This document shows, in pieces, positions 47,218 through 57,759 of a stretch of DNA of 64,000 bases. The position numbers were made by a program, and so were the translations under genes. Under the pieces are notes generated by a model. It was not told the origin of the DNA, did no database searches, and saw only the letters and a list, made by a program, of their open reading frames with translations. The first letter of the stretch is position 1; the number at the start of each line of letters is the position of its first letter. This stretch comes from an uncultured Gemmatimonadales bacterium (GTDB lineage: Bacteria; Gemmatimonadota; Gemmatimonadetes; Longimicrobiales; RSA9), in NCBI GenBank assembly GCA_963741945.1, contig CAVUKA010000004.1, positions 160,001 through 224,000 of the forward strand, in the 5' to 3' direction.

Positions 47218-48696
47218 CTACTCCCCCGGCTGGCGCTCCGAGCCCGCCCCGGCCGTTCGCCGTGGCCGCGGCCAGGACTCGCGCTCCCGGTGCATCACGC
47301 GCACGTGGATGTGCGGGTAGCGCGAGCGGAGGTGACGTGCGAGCCGCTCGGTCATGTAAACGGACCGGTGCTGCCCGCCCGTGCACCCGAAGGAGACGGC
47401 GAGGCTCGAGAAGCCCCGGCGCAGGTACTCCTCCACCTGGGCGTCCACCATCTGCTGCACCCCTGTCCAGAACGCGTGCAGCTCGTCGCGGGCTTCCAGG
47501 TACTCGATCACCGGCTCGTCCATCCCGCACTGGTCGCTGTACTCGAGATGCCGTCCGGGGTTGGGGAGGGCACGGCAATCGAATACGAAGCCGCCCCCAT
47601 GCCCGCTGGCATCCTGTGGATAGCCGCGCTTGTAGCTGAAGCTCACCAGCCGCACCGTGAGCCCGGGTTGCTGCTCCTCTTCCGAGTCCCCGGCGAATCG
47701 GTCCGCGATCCGCCGGAACACGGACTCCAGCTCCGGCGCATCCACCGGCAGCCCCTCCACCAGGAGCTCGGCCAGGTTTCGCGCCGCATACGGGACGCTC
47801 TGCAGGAACCGGGGCTTCCGCTCGTAGAAGCCGCGATATCCGTAAGCCCCGAGGGCCTGGAGGACCCGGACCATCACGAACCCGCGATACAGCTCCCGGA
47901 ACGCCGCCACATCCACCGGGAGGTGGTGACCCAGCGCCTCGAGGTAATGCTCCAGCAGGTCCGCTCGCACCGGCGCGGGGATCGCCGCCTTCGCGTCATA
48001 CAGCAGCGACGCCACATCGTACTGGAGCGCTCCGCGTCGCCCTCCCTGGAAGTCGATGAACCACGGCTCCCCGTCCCTGAGCATGATGTTGCGGGACTGG
48101 AAGTCCCGGTAGAGAAAGTGCCGTGCATCCGCCCGCAGGAGGAACGCGGTCAGCGCGTCGAAATCATGCTCGAGCTGCTGCTCGCTGAAAGGCACGTGCG
48201 CGAGCTTGAGAAAATGGTATTTGAAATAGTTCAGGTCCCACCGGATCGACTGCTCATCGAATGCGCCGCGGGGATAGGCCGCTCCGAAATCGATGCGTCG
48301 TCCACCCTCGAGCTGAAAGCGCGGCAGCTCCGTCAGAACGCGCTCGTATACCGGCCGCATCGAGTCTGGAAAGTCACCGGGCTCGCGGCTCCGCGCCTGG
48401 ACCAGCGCGTCGAACAGCGTGGTGTCTCCCAGGTCTTCCTCGAGCCACATCGACGACTCTTCGTCATACTCGTACACGTCCGGCACGGGGAGCCCCGCCG
48501 CGCGGAACGTGTGCGCGAACGATACGAACGCCCGGTTCTCGTCCCGCTCGGGGCCATACGCGCCCACCGCCGTCTCCATGGCCGGTCCAACCATGCGGTA
48601 GTAGACCCGGGTCGATCCGTCGGCTCCGAGCTCCACCACCGAGGCCGGCTCGACGCCGAAGTGCCGCTCGAACATTCTCAGGAGTGGAGTACGCAT
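47218..48696 (-). CDS. AmgK-like anomeric sugar kinase fused to a RapZ C-terminal domain
   Basis: DGSTRVYYR, EDLGD, YRDFQSRNIM and IDFQG (APH fold); then SFSYKRG..VFDCRALPNP..GCTGGQHRSV. Confidence 0.85.
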   Translation of the reverse strand: MRTPLLRMFERHFGVEPASVVELGADGSTRVYYRMVGPAMETAVGAYGPERDENRAFVSFAHTFRAAGLPVPDVYEYDEESSMWLEEDLGDTTLFDALVQARSREPGDFPDSMRPVYERVLTELPRFQLEGGRRIDFGAAYPRGAFDEQSIRWDLNYFKYHFLKLAHVPFSEQQLEHDFDALTAFLLRADARHFLYRDFQSRNIMLRDGEPWFIDFQGGRRGALQYDVASLLYDAKAAIPAPVRADLLEHYLEALGHHLPVDVAAFRELYRGFVMVRVLQALGAYGYRGFYERKPRFLQSVPYAARNLAELLVEGLPVDAPELESVFRRIADRFAGDSEEEQQPGLTVRLVSFSYKRGYPQDASGHGGGFVFDCRALPNPGRHLEYSDQCGMDEPVIEYLEARDELHAFWTGVQQMVDAQVEEYLRRGFSSLAVSFGCTGGQHRSVYMTERLARHLRSRYPHIHVRVMHRERESWPRPRRTAGAGSERQPGE

Positions 48697-48876
48697 GTCA
48701 CCAGTATCGAAGGAAACCCACCCTCCTACAAGGCGCACACGGCGTGCCTCCGCCGACAGGGCGCAGGCCGGCCTCGCCTGCCCGCGGCGGCGATGCACGC
48801 CGCCCGGGGCAACCATGAAACACGGACGCTCCACGCCCGTATGGATGGCCAGGACACGAAACCAGGAGGAGGCAGC

Positions 48877-49116
48877 ATGTCGGAGAACAAGTCACTGCTC
48901 AACAAGATCCTCACCTGGACGATCATCGGGATCGTCGCGGTGATCGCCCTCAGGCTCGCGCTCCGGCTCCTCGCGTTCATCATGGGACTCGTGGGGTTCG
49001 TCTTCGGGTCCATCCTATTCCTGCTCTTCACCGTCGGCCCCATCCTGCTCCTCGGCTGGATCGCAGTGAAGGCATGGAAGGCCTTCACCCGACCCACCCC
49101 GCTCGGGACCGACTGA
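48877..49116 (+). CDS. Small two-TM membrane protein
   Basis: AGGAGG SD; 79 aa, almost entirely hydrophobic. Confidence 0.75.
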   Translation: MSENKSLLNKILTWTIIGIVAVIALRLALRLLAFIMGLVGFVFGSILFLLFTVGPILLLGWIAVKAWKAFTRPTPLGTD

Positions 49117-49122
49117 GAAAAC

Positions 49123-49155
49123 AACGCCGGCGGGCCGAAAAAGCCCGCCGGCGTT
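49123..49155. terminator. Intrinsic terminator between convergent genes
   Basis: Perfect 13-bp stem AACGCCGGCGGGC/GCCCGCCGGCGTT with 7-nt loop; GTTTT follows on the minus strand. Confidence 0.75.
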
Positions 49156-49406
49156 ACCCCGCGATCTATGTAATTCACGCAGCGGACGGCATGTCACCTT
49201 GTCCTCTGCGGTCGTCGGCCCCCCGCGGACCTCCGGTCCCTTTGTTCAGTGCGCCCTCCGGGCGCGTCCCGTGTGCGACTCCGCCGCACTGGTTCGGGAG
49301 GCCGTCGTATTGTCGGTATACGGAACATGGCGCCCGCCCCCCGTGCCCCGCAGTAGGGCAACGGCGGAAATTGGCGGACGCAAGGTGTGGGGAGTTGCCC
49401 GACAGG

Positions 49407-50648
49407 TCAGTACCGGCTCTCCAGCCCCATCACGATCCGCACCGTGTCCCGCGCGATGAGGAGCTCCTCGTCCGTGGGGATCACCCACGCCTCGAGGCGG
49501 GAGCCGTCGCGTGAGATGCGCCCGGAGGCGTCTCCGCGCGTGGTGCTGTTCGCGGCGTCGTCCATCTCGAGCCCGAGCCATTCCAGCCCTTCCATGATGC
49601 ATGCCCGGATCAACGGCGCATTCTGGCCGATCCCCCCCGTGAACACGATGGCATCCGCGCCACCCATCGCGGCCAGATAGGCGCCGACGTACTTGCGGGT
49701 GCGATAGCAGAAGATTTCGATGGCGAGGCGCGCGCGGCGATCATAGTGCTCATCCGCCTCTTCCAGCAGCTCACGCATGTCGTTGGTCAGTCCAGAGATC
49801 CCGAGCAGCCCGGACTGCTTGTTCAGGAGGTTCTCGACGCCGCGGAGATCGAGCCCTTCCTTCACCGAGATGTAGTCGAGAACCGCGGGGTCGACGTCGC
49901 CGGACCGGGTGCCCATGACCAGCCCTTCCAGGGGAGTGAAGCCCATGGAAGTGTCCACGCTGTTGCCCCCGCGGATGGCGCAGGCGGAGCAGCCGTTCCC
50001 CAGGTGCAGCGTGATGATGTTGACATCATCGCGGCTCTTCCCGGTCAGCTGCCGGTACCGGTAGGCCACATAGCGGTGGGACGTGCCATGAAACCCGTAC
50101 CGCCGGATCTTGTGGCGGCGGTAGAGGGAATACGGGATCGCGTAGAGATAGGAAGTCTCGGGCAGCGTATGGTGGAACGCCGTATCGAACACGGCCACCT
50201 GCGGCACGGCCCCGAGCGAGTCGCGCACGGCTCTCACGCCGGCGAGATTGTACGGCATGTGGAGCGGGGCCAGGTCGAGGTGCTCCTCGAGCTGCTTCAG
50301 GACGCGCTCATCGATGGCCACGGAATGGGAGAACGACTCGCCGCCGTGCACGACCCGGTGTCCCACGGCCTGGATCTCGGCGAGACTGGCGATATCCGCA
50401 CCGCTCGCGTCCGAGGTGAGCCACTTGAGGATCCAGTCGATGGAAGCCCGGATATCGCGGATCGAGGCGGTGGTGCGCGTGTCCCCCTTCGCCTCCGTCC
50501 ACAGTGACAGCACGGCTTCTCCACCGATCCGCTCGACCACCCCTCTGGCCAGCCGCTCGTCCCGGTCTCCCTCGATCCGTTCCTTGTCGGTCCGGATCAG
50601 CTGGAACTTCACGGTGGACGATCCCACGTTCAGCACCAGAACGTTCAT
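49407..50648 (-). CDS. ackA: Acetate kinase
   Basis: [42 protein letters not shown] and PTDEE motifs. Confidence 0.96.
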   Translation of the reverse strand: MNVLVLNVGSSTVKFQLIRTDKERIEGDRDERLARGVVERIGGEAVLSLWTEAKGDTRTTASIRDIRASIDWILKWLTSDASGADIASLAEIQAVGHRVVHGGESFSHSVAIDERVLKQLEEHLDLAPLHMPYNLAGVRAVRDSLGAVPQVAVFDTAFHHTLPETSYLYAIPYSLYRRHKIRRYGFHGTSHRYVAYRYRQLTGKSRDDVNIITLHLGNGCSACAIRGGNSVDTSMGFTPLEGLVMGTRSGDVDPAVLDYISVKEGLDLRGVENLLNKQSGLLGISGLTNDMRELLEEADEHYDRRARLAIEIFCYRTRKYVGAYLAAMGGADAIVFTGGIGQNAPLIRACIMEGLEWLGLEMDDAANSTTRGDASGRISRDGSRLEAWVIPTDEELLIARDTVRIVMGLESRY

Positions 50649-51094
50649 CTATTCCTCCAGCCCGCGTGGCGCCCGCCGTTGCCGGCGGCGCACGGGAATA
50701 TGATTGCCTCGTCGCGTCAAGATGAGCGCGCGCGCGCGGGGCGGCAATGTCGCTGGTCGAGCCGGGGAACGGCGCCCGAGCCCGCATGTATCCCGCGCTC
50801 ACGCAAGGAGATTTGGGAATTCTGCCATCTGCCATCGGGCGGTGTTGTCGGCTGGCGCAGAACGCCGGGGTCGGCTGTTCGGGGCCCTGATTGCCGCCAC
50901 TGGCCGGGCTCGCCTGCGAGCACGGCCTCCGGTTGCAGCCGGCCCACCCTGCGGGTATGATCGAGCATCCCGCACCCGCGTCTGGCCCCGAGCTTCCCCG
51001 AACTGTGCGCCCATGTTCATACGTGGACGGATGGCCTGTCCTCCGGTGATCCTCGCCACGTTGATCGTGGCGAGGCCAGCGTAGCCGACCGCTC

Positions 51095-52267
51095 ATGCGC
51101 TGCGCCCTGGTCTGGGAGAACAGGCTGGCGGGGTATCGCTTCCGTCCCGGGCACCCGATGGATCCCCGTCGCCTCGAGCTCACCGTCAGCCTGATCCGCG
51201 CACTGGGAATGGCGGGCGACGCGGACCGCCCCATCGTCGCTCCCAGGGATGCAACGGACGAAGAGCTCGCAACGGTCCACGACCCCGACTACATCGAAGC
51301 GGTGCGCGTGGTCTCCAGCGATCCGTGGGCGAGGGTCGATCGCCGCTTCGGACTGGGAACGGAGGACGTGCCCGTGATGGCACGGATGCACGAGATGTCC
51401 CGCGCCGTGGTGGGCGCCACCCTGACGGCGGCCGAGCTCGTGGCCTCCGGACAGGCCACCCGGGCGTTCGCCCCCGCCGGAGGGCTCCACCACGCCCACG
51501 CCGCGGCGGCGTCCGGCTTCTGCGTCTACAACGACCTTGCCGTGGCGATCCGCTGGCTGGAGCGTCAGAAGGGCATGCGGGTGATGTACATCGACTACGA
51601 CGGCCACCACGGCGACGGCGTCCAGTCGGTGTTCTACGACGATCCCGACGTCCTGACGGTCTCCATCCACGAGAGCGGCCTCTATCTTTTCCCCGCCTCC
51701 GGCTTCGTGGACGAGGTGGGCGATGGCGACGGTCACGGCTTCGCGGCGAACATTCCGTTGGAAGCGCAGACCGAGGACTCGTCGTTTCTGGCCGCGTTCG
51801 ACGCCGTGGTCCCGGACCTGGCGGCCGCGTTTCGGCCGGACATCATCGTCATGCAGGGCGGATGCGACGCCCACGCCCTGGACCCACTCACTCATCTCCG
51901 CTGCAGCACGGGCGTCTTCGAGGAGCTCGCGGGTCGGGTCTCCCGCCTCGCGGACCTGTACTGCGGCGGGCGCCTGGTGGCCACCGGTGGCGGGGGGTAC
52001 GCGATCCACGAAGTGGTGCCCCGGGCATGGACCCTGACCTGGGGGGCGCTGTGCGGGACGCCTGCGCCGGAAGAAGTGCCCGAGGAATGGCTCGCCGTGG
52101 TGCGCGCGGAAGCGAATCGCCCGATCCCCTCGACTCTCCGGGATCCGCCATCGCTGATCCCCGTGTCCCAGCGGCGCGATGAAGTGGAGAGATCCAATCA
52201 GCTCACAACTCAGGCGCTGCGGCGGCGGATCATGCCGCTCCTGACCGGATGGGGGCTCGCGTTTTGA
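51095..52267 (+). CDS. acuC: Zn-dependent HDAC-family protein deacetylase (AcuC-like)
   Basis: HPM, GGLHHA, GFCVYND, DYDGHHGDG, SIHE, DAHALDPL and GGGGY motifs. Confidence 0.9.
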   Translation: MRCALVWENRLAGYRFRPGHPMDPRRLELTVSLIRALGMAGDADRPIVAPRDATDEELATVHDPDYIEAVRVVSSDPWARVDRRFGLGTEDVPVMARMHEMSRAVVGATLTAAELVASGQATRAFAPAGGLHHAHAAAASGFCVYNDLAVAIRWLERQKGMRVMYIDYDGHHGDGVQSVFYDDPDVLTVSIHESGLYLFPASGFVDEVGDGDGHGFAANIPLEAQTEDSSFLAAFDAVVPDLAAAFRPDIIVMQGGCDAHALDPLTHLRCSTGVFEELAGRVSRLADLYCGGRLVATGGGGYAIHEVVPRAWTLTWGALCGTPAPEEVPEEWLAVVRAEANRPIPSTLRDPPSLIPVSQRRDEVERSNQLTTQALRRRIMPLLTGWGLAF

Positions 52268-52773
52268 GCGCATCCACCGACCCGCCATTGGTACGGAACC
52301 TCCGCGACAAGGAGGGGAGGCCGTTCACGATCCGCCCGTTCGAGTCTGCGGACAGGCCGGGTCTCGACGCGATGTACGCCGAGTTCGAGCCCAAGCGCTG
52401 CGCCCAGGGCCTCCCCGCCGTGGATCCGGGGCAGCGCACCCGCTGGCTGAACGACGTCCTCGCCATGGGGGTGCACCTGCTGGTGGAGGTGGACGGCAGC
52501 GTGACCGGGCACGGGATGCTGATTCCGCTCGACCACACCGCCGCCGAACTGGCGAATTTCCTGCACCAGTCCTGCCGCGATCGGGGGATCGGAACGGCCC
52601 TTAATCGCGCACTCCTGGACGCTGCGCGGCGCGACGCTTTCCATCGAGTCTGGCTATCCGTCGAGCATTCGAACCGGCGCGCCATCCGGTCGTATGAGAA
52701 AGTGGGGTTCAAGCAGCGGCCGGTCTCGGTGTGGGCACCCGAGCTGGAAATGGAGATCACGCTGGCGCCGTAG
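52264..52773 (+). CDS. GNAT family acetyltransferase
   Basis: RDRGIGTAL acetyl-CoA motif and NRRAIRSYEKVGF; probable TTG start overlapping the acuC stop. Confidence 0.85.
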   Translation: MSASTDPPLVRNLRDKEGRPFTIRPFESADRPGLDAMYAEFEPKRCAQGLPAVDPGQRTRWLNDVLAMGVHLLVEVDGSVTGHGMLIPLDHTAAELANFLHQSCRDRGIGTALNRALLDAARRDAFHRVWLSVEHSNRRAIRSYEKVGFKQRPVSVWAPELEMEITLAP

Positions 52774-52857
52774 GAGATGACCTCCTTGAATCCCGGCAGC
52801 GCGCCACCCTATCTTCGGGCGACCCTGGCAGCACCGCCCCTCCGCAAGGAGAATCGC

Positions 52858-53169
52858 ATGGCCACGAAGAAGACCGAGACGACGAAGTCGAAGTCCACCG
52901 CCAAGAAGCCCGCGGTCAAGAAGGCGGCGACGCCGAAGAAGGCGACGGGCAAGAAAGCAGCGGCGCCGAAGAAGGCAGCGGCCAAGAAAGCAGCGGCGCC
53001 GAAGAAGGCGACGGCCAGGAAGGCGGTCAAGCCCGCGGCCAAGAAGGCCACTGCGAAGAAGACTCCCGCCGGGAAGCCGGCCGCGAAGAAAGCGTCCGCG
53101 AAGAAGGTTGCGGTCGCGGCCAGGAGCGGTGTGGGGAAGGCCAAGGCGAAAATGTCGAAGAACCGCTGA
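52858..53169 (+). CDS. Histone H1-like Lys/Ala/Pro-rich DNA-binding protein
   Basis: AAGGAG SD; 103 aa with 33 Lys in AAKK/APKK repeats. Confidence 0.8.
   Translation: MATKKTETTKSKSTAKKPAVKKAATPKKATGKKAAAPKKAAAKKAAAPKKATARKAVKPAAKKATAKKTPAGKPAAKKASAKKVAVAARSGVGKAKAKMSKNR
52950..53009 (+). repeat. 27-bp direct repeat (33-bp period) inside the histone-like gene
   Basis: CAAGAAAGCAGCGGCGCCGAAGAAGGC at 52950-52976 and 52983-53009. Confidence 0.85.
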
Positions 53170-53232
53170 TCCTCAGCCGATCCCCGTGAACATGGGCGGC
53201 GCGGGGAAATGGCTTCCTACCGCGCGCCCGGC

Positions 53233-55104
53233 TCAGCGCGGTCGCGCCAGCCGCCGAGTCAGAGCCGCCAGCGTACCCTGCAGCTCCGCGTGGCGCACAC
53301 CGGGCGGGAAGCAGACGTCGGCTCCGCTCTCCAGCAAACGGACACGGAGCTCCGCCGCTGCGGCGTTCAGCACCAGGATCGGGAGTGTCTCGAGCTCGCG
53401 CTCGCGGCGCAACTCCTGGATCAACGAGAGCGCCCAATCTCCGCCCTCGGTGGCCCACAGAAGCACTCCGGCGACCTGACCGCGGCGGAGGCGCTCGCGG
53501 GCGCGATCCAGGTCCGCCGCCACCTCGGCCAGGTAACCGGCGGAACAGAGCTTGACCGCGGTGGCCACGGCTTCCGCCCGGAACGGGCTGACCAGGAGGA
53601 TCTGGTGATGGCCGGGAGAATCCAGGCGTGGAGGATCCCGGCGCCCCAGCACGGTCAGCAGCGCTTCAACGACGGCAGGGTCGTATTGAAGGCTCGCACC
53701 CGCCCGAAGCTCCTCTTGCGCCTCATCAAGCTCGAGCGGCAGGCGATACGGCCGGGGCGATATCATGGCCACGAAGGAATCCGTGGCCGCGAGCACGCGC
53801 GCGAGGACGGGAATCTCCTCACCAGCGAGACCATCGGGGTACCCGTCTCCGTCCCAGCGCTCGTGATGGTGCCGGATGGCCTGTCGCACGGCCCCCGGCA
53901 GTTCCACGCCATCGAGGAGATGCAGCGTGAGATCCACGTGCTGCTCGATCCGCCGTTGCTCTTCCTGTGTCGGACCACGGTGGACGGCGGGAATCAGTCG
54001 GCCACCCACGGCCAGTCGGGCCAGGTCGCGCAGCGGGGCCGAGAGCGCCAGGTCGTGCTGCGCCGCTTCGGGAAGCCCCAGCTCTTCGGCCACGGCCGTG
54101 GCCAGGATCCGGGTTAGGCTGCTGCCACCGCGGAAAAACGGGTCCCGGTATTCCAGAAGCCCCACCAGAAGGTCCGCGAGCGTCGTCTGAGACGCGCGCG
54201 GGGGCGGTGGGGCGGAGTCGCCGGATTCCGCCACTGCTCGCAGGCGGCGCTTCGCGAACGGCGGAACGCCTCCACCAGCGTCATCCGCTGGCGGCACTCC
54301 CGCGACCGGCGCCTTTGGCCGCCACCCGAGCAGCGTCTCGAGATGCTCGCGGATCGCGAAGGCCTGGTCGGGTCCGGAGACCGGAGCGGGCGGCGGATCC
54401 GGCGTCACCGACGGGCTCGGCCTCTCGGGGGTCGCCGGGGGAATGGCACGCTCCGGCGTCGCCGACGGGCTCGCACTCCCCGGCGCCGCCGCGGCTGTGG
54501 TGTCCGGCCCATCCCAGGCCTCCCGCTCCACGGCGGCCAGCCTCGCCCGCAGACGCGGGTCTTCGGGCGAACGCTCAAGCAGTTTCCTGTAGATCCCCGC
54601 GGCGGAAGCGTAGAGACCCTGCCGGGCATAGAGCTCCGCCACCGTCTCGGTCTCGACTTCGGGAGTGCCGGTCGATCGCGCCTCCGGAGAGTGGCCGTTC
54701 CGTTCCGCTTCCATGCGGAACGTGCCATTCCCGCCGTTCGCTGGCACAGCTCGCCGTTCGGGCTCACCGATGCGGGCCTCGGGATCGGGGCCGCCCTTGG
54801 TCACGGCCATGTGGGCAAGCTGCTCCAGGGCCACCTGGTTCTCGGGATCCAGCTCCAGCACCCGCCGGAACGCCTGTTCGGCGTCGTCCACCCGGCCCTG
54901 GTCCATGTGCACTCGTGCCAGGACCACGTAGGCGCTGGCGTAGTCGGTGTGCTGCCGCAGCCCCGCCTGCAGGACGGCTTCGGCCTGCACCAAGCGGCCC
55001 GCGCGGCGATACGCGTCGGCCAGGTGGGGGAATATGAGCCCCCTGGGATGAGCCGCGTGAAGTAGCTCGAGTCGACCGATCTCGTCGCGGTTGGGTGACG
55101 CCAT
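53233..55104 (-). CDS. TPR plus degenerate HD-GYP plus receiver-like domain protein
   Basis: N-terminal TPRs; HHHERWDGDGYPDGL and RPYR present but HD replaced by RD; C-terminal REC-like fold. Confidence 0.8.
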   Translation of the reverse strand: MASPNRDEIGRLELLHAAHPRGLIFPHLADAYRRAGRLVQAEAVLQAGLRQHTDYASAYVVLARVHMDQGRVDDAEQAFRRVLELDPENQVALEQLAHMAVTKGGPDPEARIGEPERRAVPANGGNGTFRMEAERNGHSPEARSTGTPEVETETVAELYARQGLYASAAGIYRKLLERSPEDPRLRARLAAVEREAWDGPDTTAAAAPGSASPSATPERAIPPATPERPSPSVTPDPPPAPVSGPDQAFAIREHLETLLGWRPKAPVAGVPPADDAGGGVPPFAKRRLRAVAESGDSAPPPPRASQTTLADLLVGLLEYRDPFFRGGSSLTRILATAVAEELGLPEAAQHDLALSAPLRDLARLAVGGRLIPAVHRGPTQEEQRRIEQHVDLTLHLLDGVELPGAVRQAIRHHHERWDGDGYPDGLAGEEIPVLARVLAATDSFVAMISPRPYRLPLELDEAQEELRAGASLQYDPAVVEALLTVLGRRDPPRLDSPGHHQILLVSPFRAEAVATAVKLCSAGYLAEVAADLDRARERLRRGQVAGVLLWATEGGDWALSLIQELRRERELETLPILVLNAAAAELRVRLLESGADVCFPPGVRHAELQGTLAALTRRLARPR

Positions 55105-55224
55105 ATGCCGGGTCAGTGGGACGATCACGCGGGTGTCAGTTTTCGGAATATGAGGGCGTCGCGCTGGTATTCACAAGCGCACCCGCACCGCGTCGCCTCC
55201 CACCGGGGCGCTGCGCCGGTCAGG

Positions 55225-56013
55225 TCAGAAGATGTAGACCGGCGTCCCTACCCCCACGAGCTTCGCCAGCTTGATCACGTCTTCGTTGTGCATCCGGATG
55301 CACCCGTGGCTGGCCGCATCGCCGACCGTGTTCTTGTCGTAGTAGTGCGTGCCATGGATGAGGTATCCGTCGCCGAGCGACAGCTTGACGGGTCCGAGCG
55401 CATTCGGGATGACACGCTGCGGACTGCCCAGGGGGGGGATGAAGATCTTGCCGTCGAAGATGATTTCGCTTCCCGGCGTGAACGGCCACCAGTTGCCCCA
55501 GCGGTTGGTGCGCCCCACCTGTTCGTCGCGGACCTCGATGCTGGTCCCGTCCGAGAGCTCGATGCGGTCCCCATCCTTCAGGTGAACCGGCTCCAGGTCA
55601 CGCGCCACTGCCTTTTCATAATAATGCCAGTCGGGCGGCACCCAGCTCGGGTCCTCGCGCTTGGCCAGCACGTGCCGCTCCCCCTTCGGCGTGTCAAAGC
55701 GGTACGTGCGATCCGCGAACCGGAACACCGTTCCCTTCCCGACCGCCACGGGGGCGGACAGGACGGTGTCTCCGTCCACCACCAGCCAGAGGCGACGCTG
55801 CTCCAGCGACACCAGGATCTTTCTCCCCGGATCCGCGCTCGCTACGCGCACCACGGCGCTGTCCACGCCAGTTCGCTGCTGGCTCGCTCGCGCAGCCGTC
55901 GGGCTGGCCGCCGCGAGCACCACCATCGCAAAAGTCGGCAAGCCCGCAAGGACCGCTTTCATCCGCGCCGTGCGCTGAAGCTTGTTCATCGATCCGGATT
56001 TCATCCCTTCCAC
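55225..56013 (-). CDS. L,D-transpeptidase (YkuD family)
   Basis: Signal peptide; LIHGT...ASHGCIRM catalytic motif; GTPVYI; start uncertain. Confidence 0.9.
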   Translation of the reverse strand: MEGMKSGSMNKLQRTARMKAVLAGLPTFAMVVLAAASPTAARASQQRTGVDSAVVRVASADPGRKILVSLEQRRLWLVVDGDTVLSAPVAVGKGTVFRFADRTYRFDTPKGERHVLAKREDPSWVPPDWHYYEKAVARDLEPVHLKDGDRIELSDGTSIEVRDEQVGRTNRWGNWWPFTPGSEIIFDGKIFIPPLGSPQRVIPNALGPVKLSLGDGYLIHGTHYYDKNTVGDAASHGCIRMHNEDVIKLAKLVGVGTPVYIF

Positions 56014-56168
56014 CCCGGTGCTGATCCGCCGATCTCAACCAAAATACTGCACAACACGGACCACGGAACAGCCCGGCGGAAGCGTCCATCTCCTTGCGCG
56101 ATGGGAAGTTCTCGGCTCCGGTCGCGACCGCGTGGGGGTCGACTCCCGGCTGTCCCGACATGGCCAGA

Positions 56169-57392
56169 TCAAGCCAGCTCCGGAATCGGGATCCCCCGCG
56201 TGGCCAGAACCCGCTCGAGCGTCTCGCCGACCTTGTTGTTCGGAGTCGAGGCACCCGCCGTGAATCCAATGGTCACGGGACCGGGCGGAAGCCATCCCGG
56301 CGCCTCCACCTCCGGCGTCTCCGGATCCAGGGCGGGCTTGTGACGGAGCGTGCCCGTGCCCGGATCGATGCAGCGCGCGTCGCTGATGTGGTACGTCGTG
56401 GTATACTCGCGACAGAGATGTGCGAGATGATTGGTGTTCGACGAGTTGTAGCCGCCTACGACGATCATGATGTCCGGCGGATCCTGCATCATCTCCCGTA
56501 CCGCGTCCTGCCGCTCCTGCGTTGCCGAGCAGATCGTGTCGAAGCTCCTGAAATGCTGGTCGAGGGCGTCCTCGCCATAGCGCCGAGCCAGGCTCTCTCC
56601 AATGGCGCGGGCAATGGCCAGGGACTCGTTGGCGAGCATCGTGGTCTGGTTGGCCGCGCCGATCCGGATCAGGTCCCGGTCCGGGTCGAAACCCGGCGAC
56701 GCCTTGTCGCGGAAATGCTCCACCAGGGCCGCGCGGCCCGGGGCGTGGTCGCTCGCCTCGATGTAGTCCATGAGAAGCTGGGCTTCCTCCATGTTCCGGA
56801 CGATCACGTAGCGGCCTCCATGGCGGTTCACCTGTGAGGCAGTGGCGCGCGTCTCCTCGTGACGATGCTTGCCATGGATCACGGCCGTGAAGCCATCGCG
56901 GGCGTACGAATCCACCCGCTTCCACACGTTCAGGACCGAGCCGCACGTGGTGTCCACCAGGATCGCCTCGCTGGCCTTCAGCGTCTCGAGGTCGTGCATC
57001 GTCACGCCGAACGCCGGAAGGATCACCACGTCGTCGGTGGTCACGCCCGAGAAGTCGAAGACTCCCTCCACGTCCGGATAGAGGAAGGCGATGCCCATTT
57101 CGCGCAGCCGCTCATTCACGTGCGGATTGTGGATGATCTCTCCCACGAGGAAGAGGCGACGATCCGGGAACTTCGCGGCCGCCTGATACGCATACTCCAC
57201 CGCGCGATCCACGCCGTAGCAGAACCCGAACTCCTCCGCGAGCTTCACTGTCACGTCGCCGTACCGCGCCGAGTGCCCTTCTGCCGCCTTGATCTGGGCG
57301 ACCATTGCGCTGTGGTACTCGGCATCCAGAACGGGCTGGACTTCCTGCTTCAGCCCCAGGCCGCGGCGGAAGTAGGTCTCGGATTCGGCCAT
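56169..57392 (-). CDS. ispH: 4-hydroxy-3-methylbut-2-enyl diphosphate reductase
   Basis: FGFCYGV, EIIHNP, DTTC, DTICSATQERQ, SSNT and TAGASTP motifs. Confidence 0.95.
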   Translation of the reverse strand: MAESETYFRRGLGLKQEVQPVLDAEYHSAMVAQIKAAEGHSARYGDVTVKLAEEFGFCYGVDRAVEYAYQAAAKFPDRRLFLVGEIIHNPHVNERLREMGIAFLYPDVEGVFDFSGVTTDDVVILPAFGVTMHDLETLKASEAILVDTTCGSVLNVWKRVDSYARDGFTAVIHGKHRHEETRATASQVNRHGGRYVIVRNMEEAQLLMDYIEASDHAPGRAALVEHFRDKASPGFDPDRDLIRIGAANQTTMLANESLAIARAIGESLARRYGEDALDQHFRSFDTICSATQERQDAVREMMQDPPDIMIVVGGYNSSNTNHLAHLCREYTTTYHISDARCIDPGTGTLRHKPALDPETPEVEAPGWLPPGPVTIGFTAGASTPNNKVGETLERVLATRGIPIPELA

Positions 57393-57759
57393 CGACGCTC
57401 GGCGCTCCTGCATGCGGGGGGACTTGCTCCGTTGCGCAGGGACGCGTCCCCTGCGCTCGATGTGTTGAACACCCCGCGACGCCGCCCGGGTTCCCGCGAG
57501 GTCCCGGTACGAACGAGGAGCGTACTGCCGTATCTCGTTGTCGGATCGACGTATCGCGACGTTTGGTCCGTGCGCGGCCGGTGCGCGCCACGAGCGGCGT
57601 TTGAGACATGGGCGGGTGGTGCGCGACCCTCGGGCGACGATGGGGGTGCCGGAGACCGGTCCGGCTCGGCCGGGGTCGTGGCCAGGGAAAGGACCGGGTC
57701 GCGCGCGTGGGCAGGATGGCTTAGCTTATGAGGCTTTAGGTGCTCGCTGGAGGTGACGT

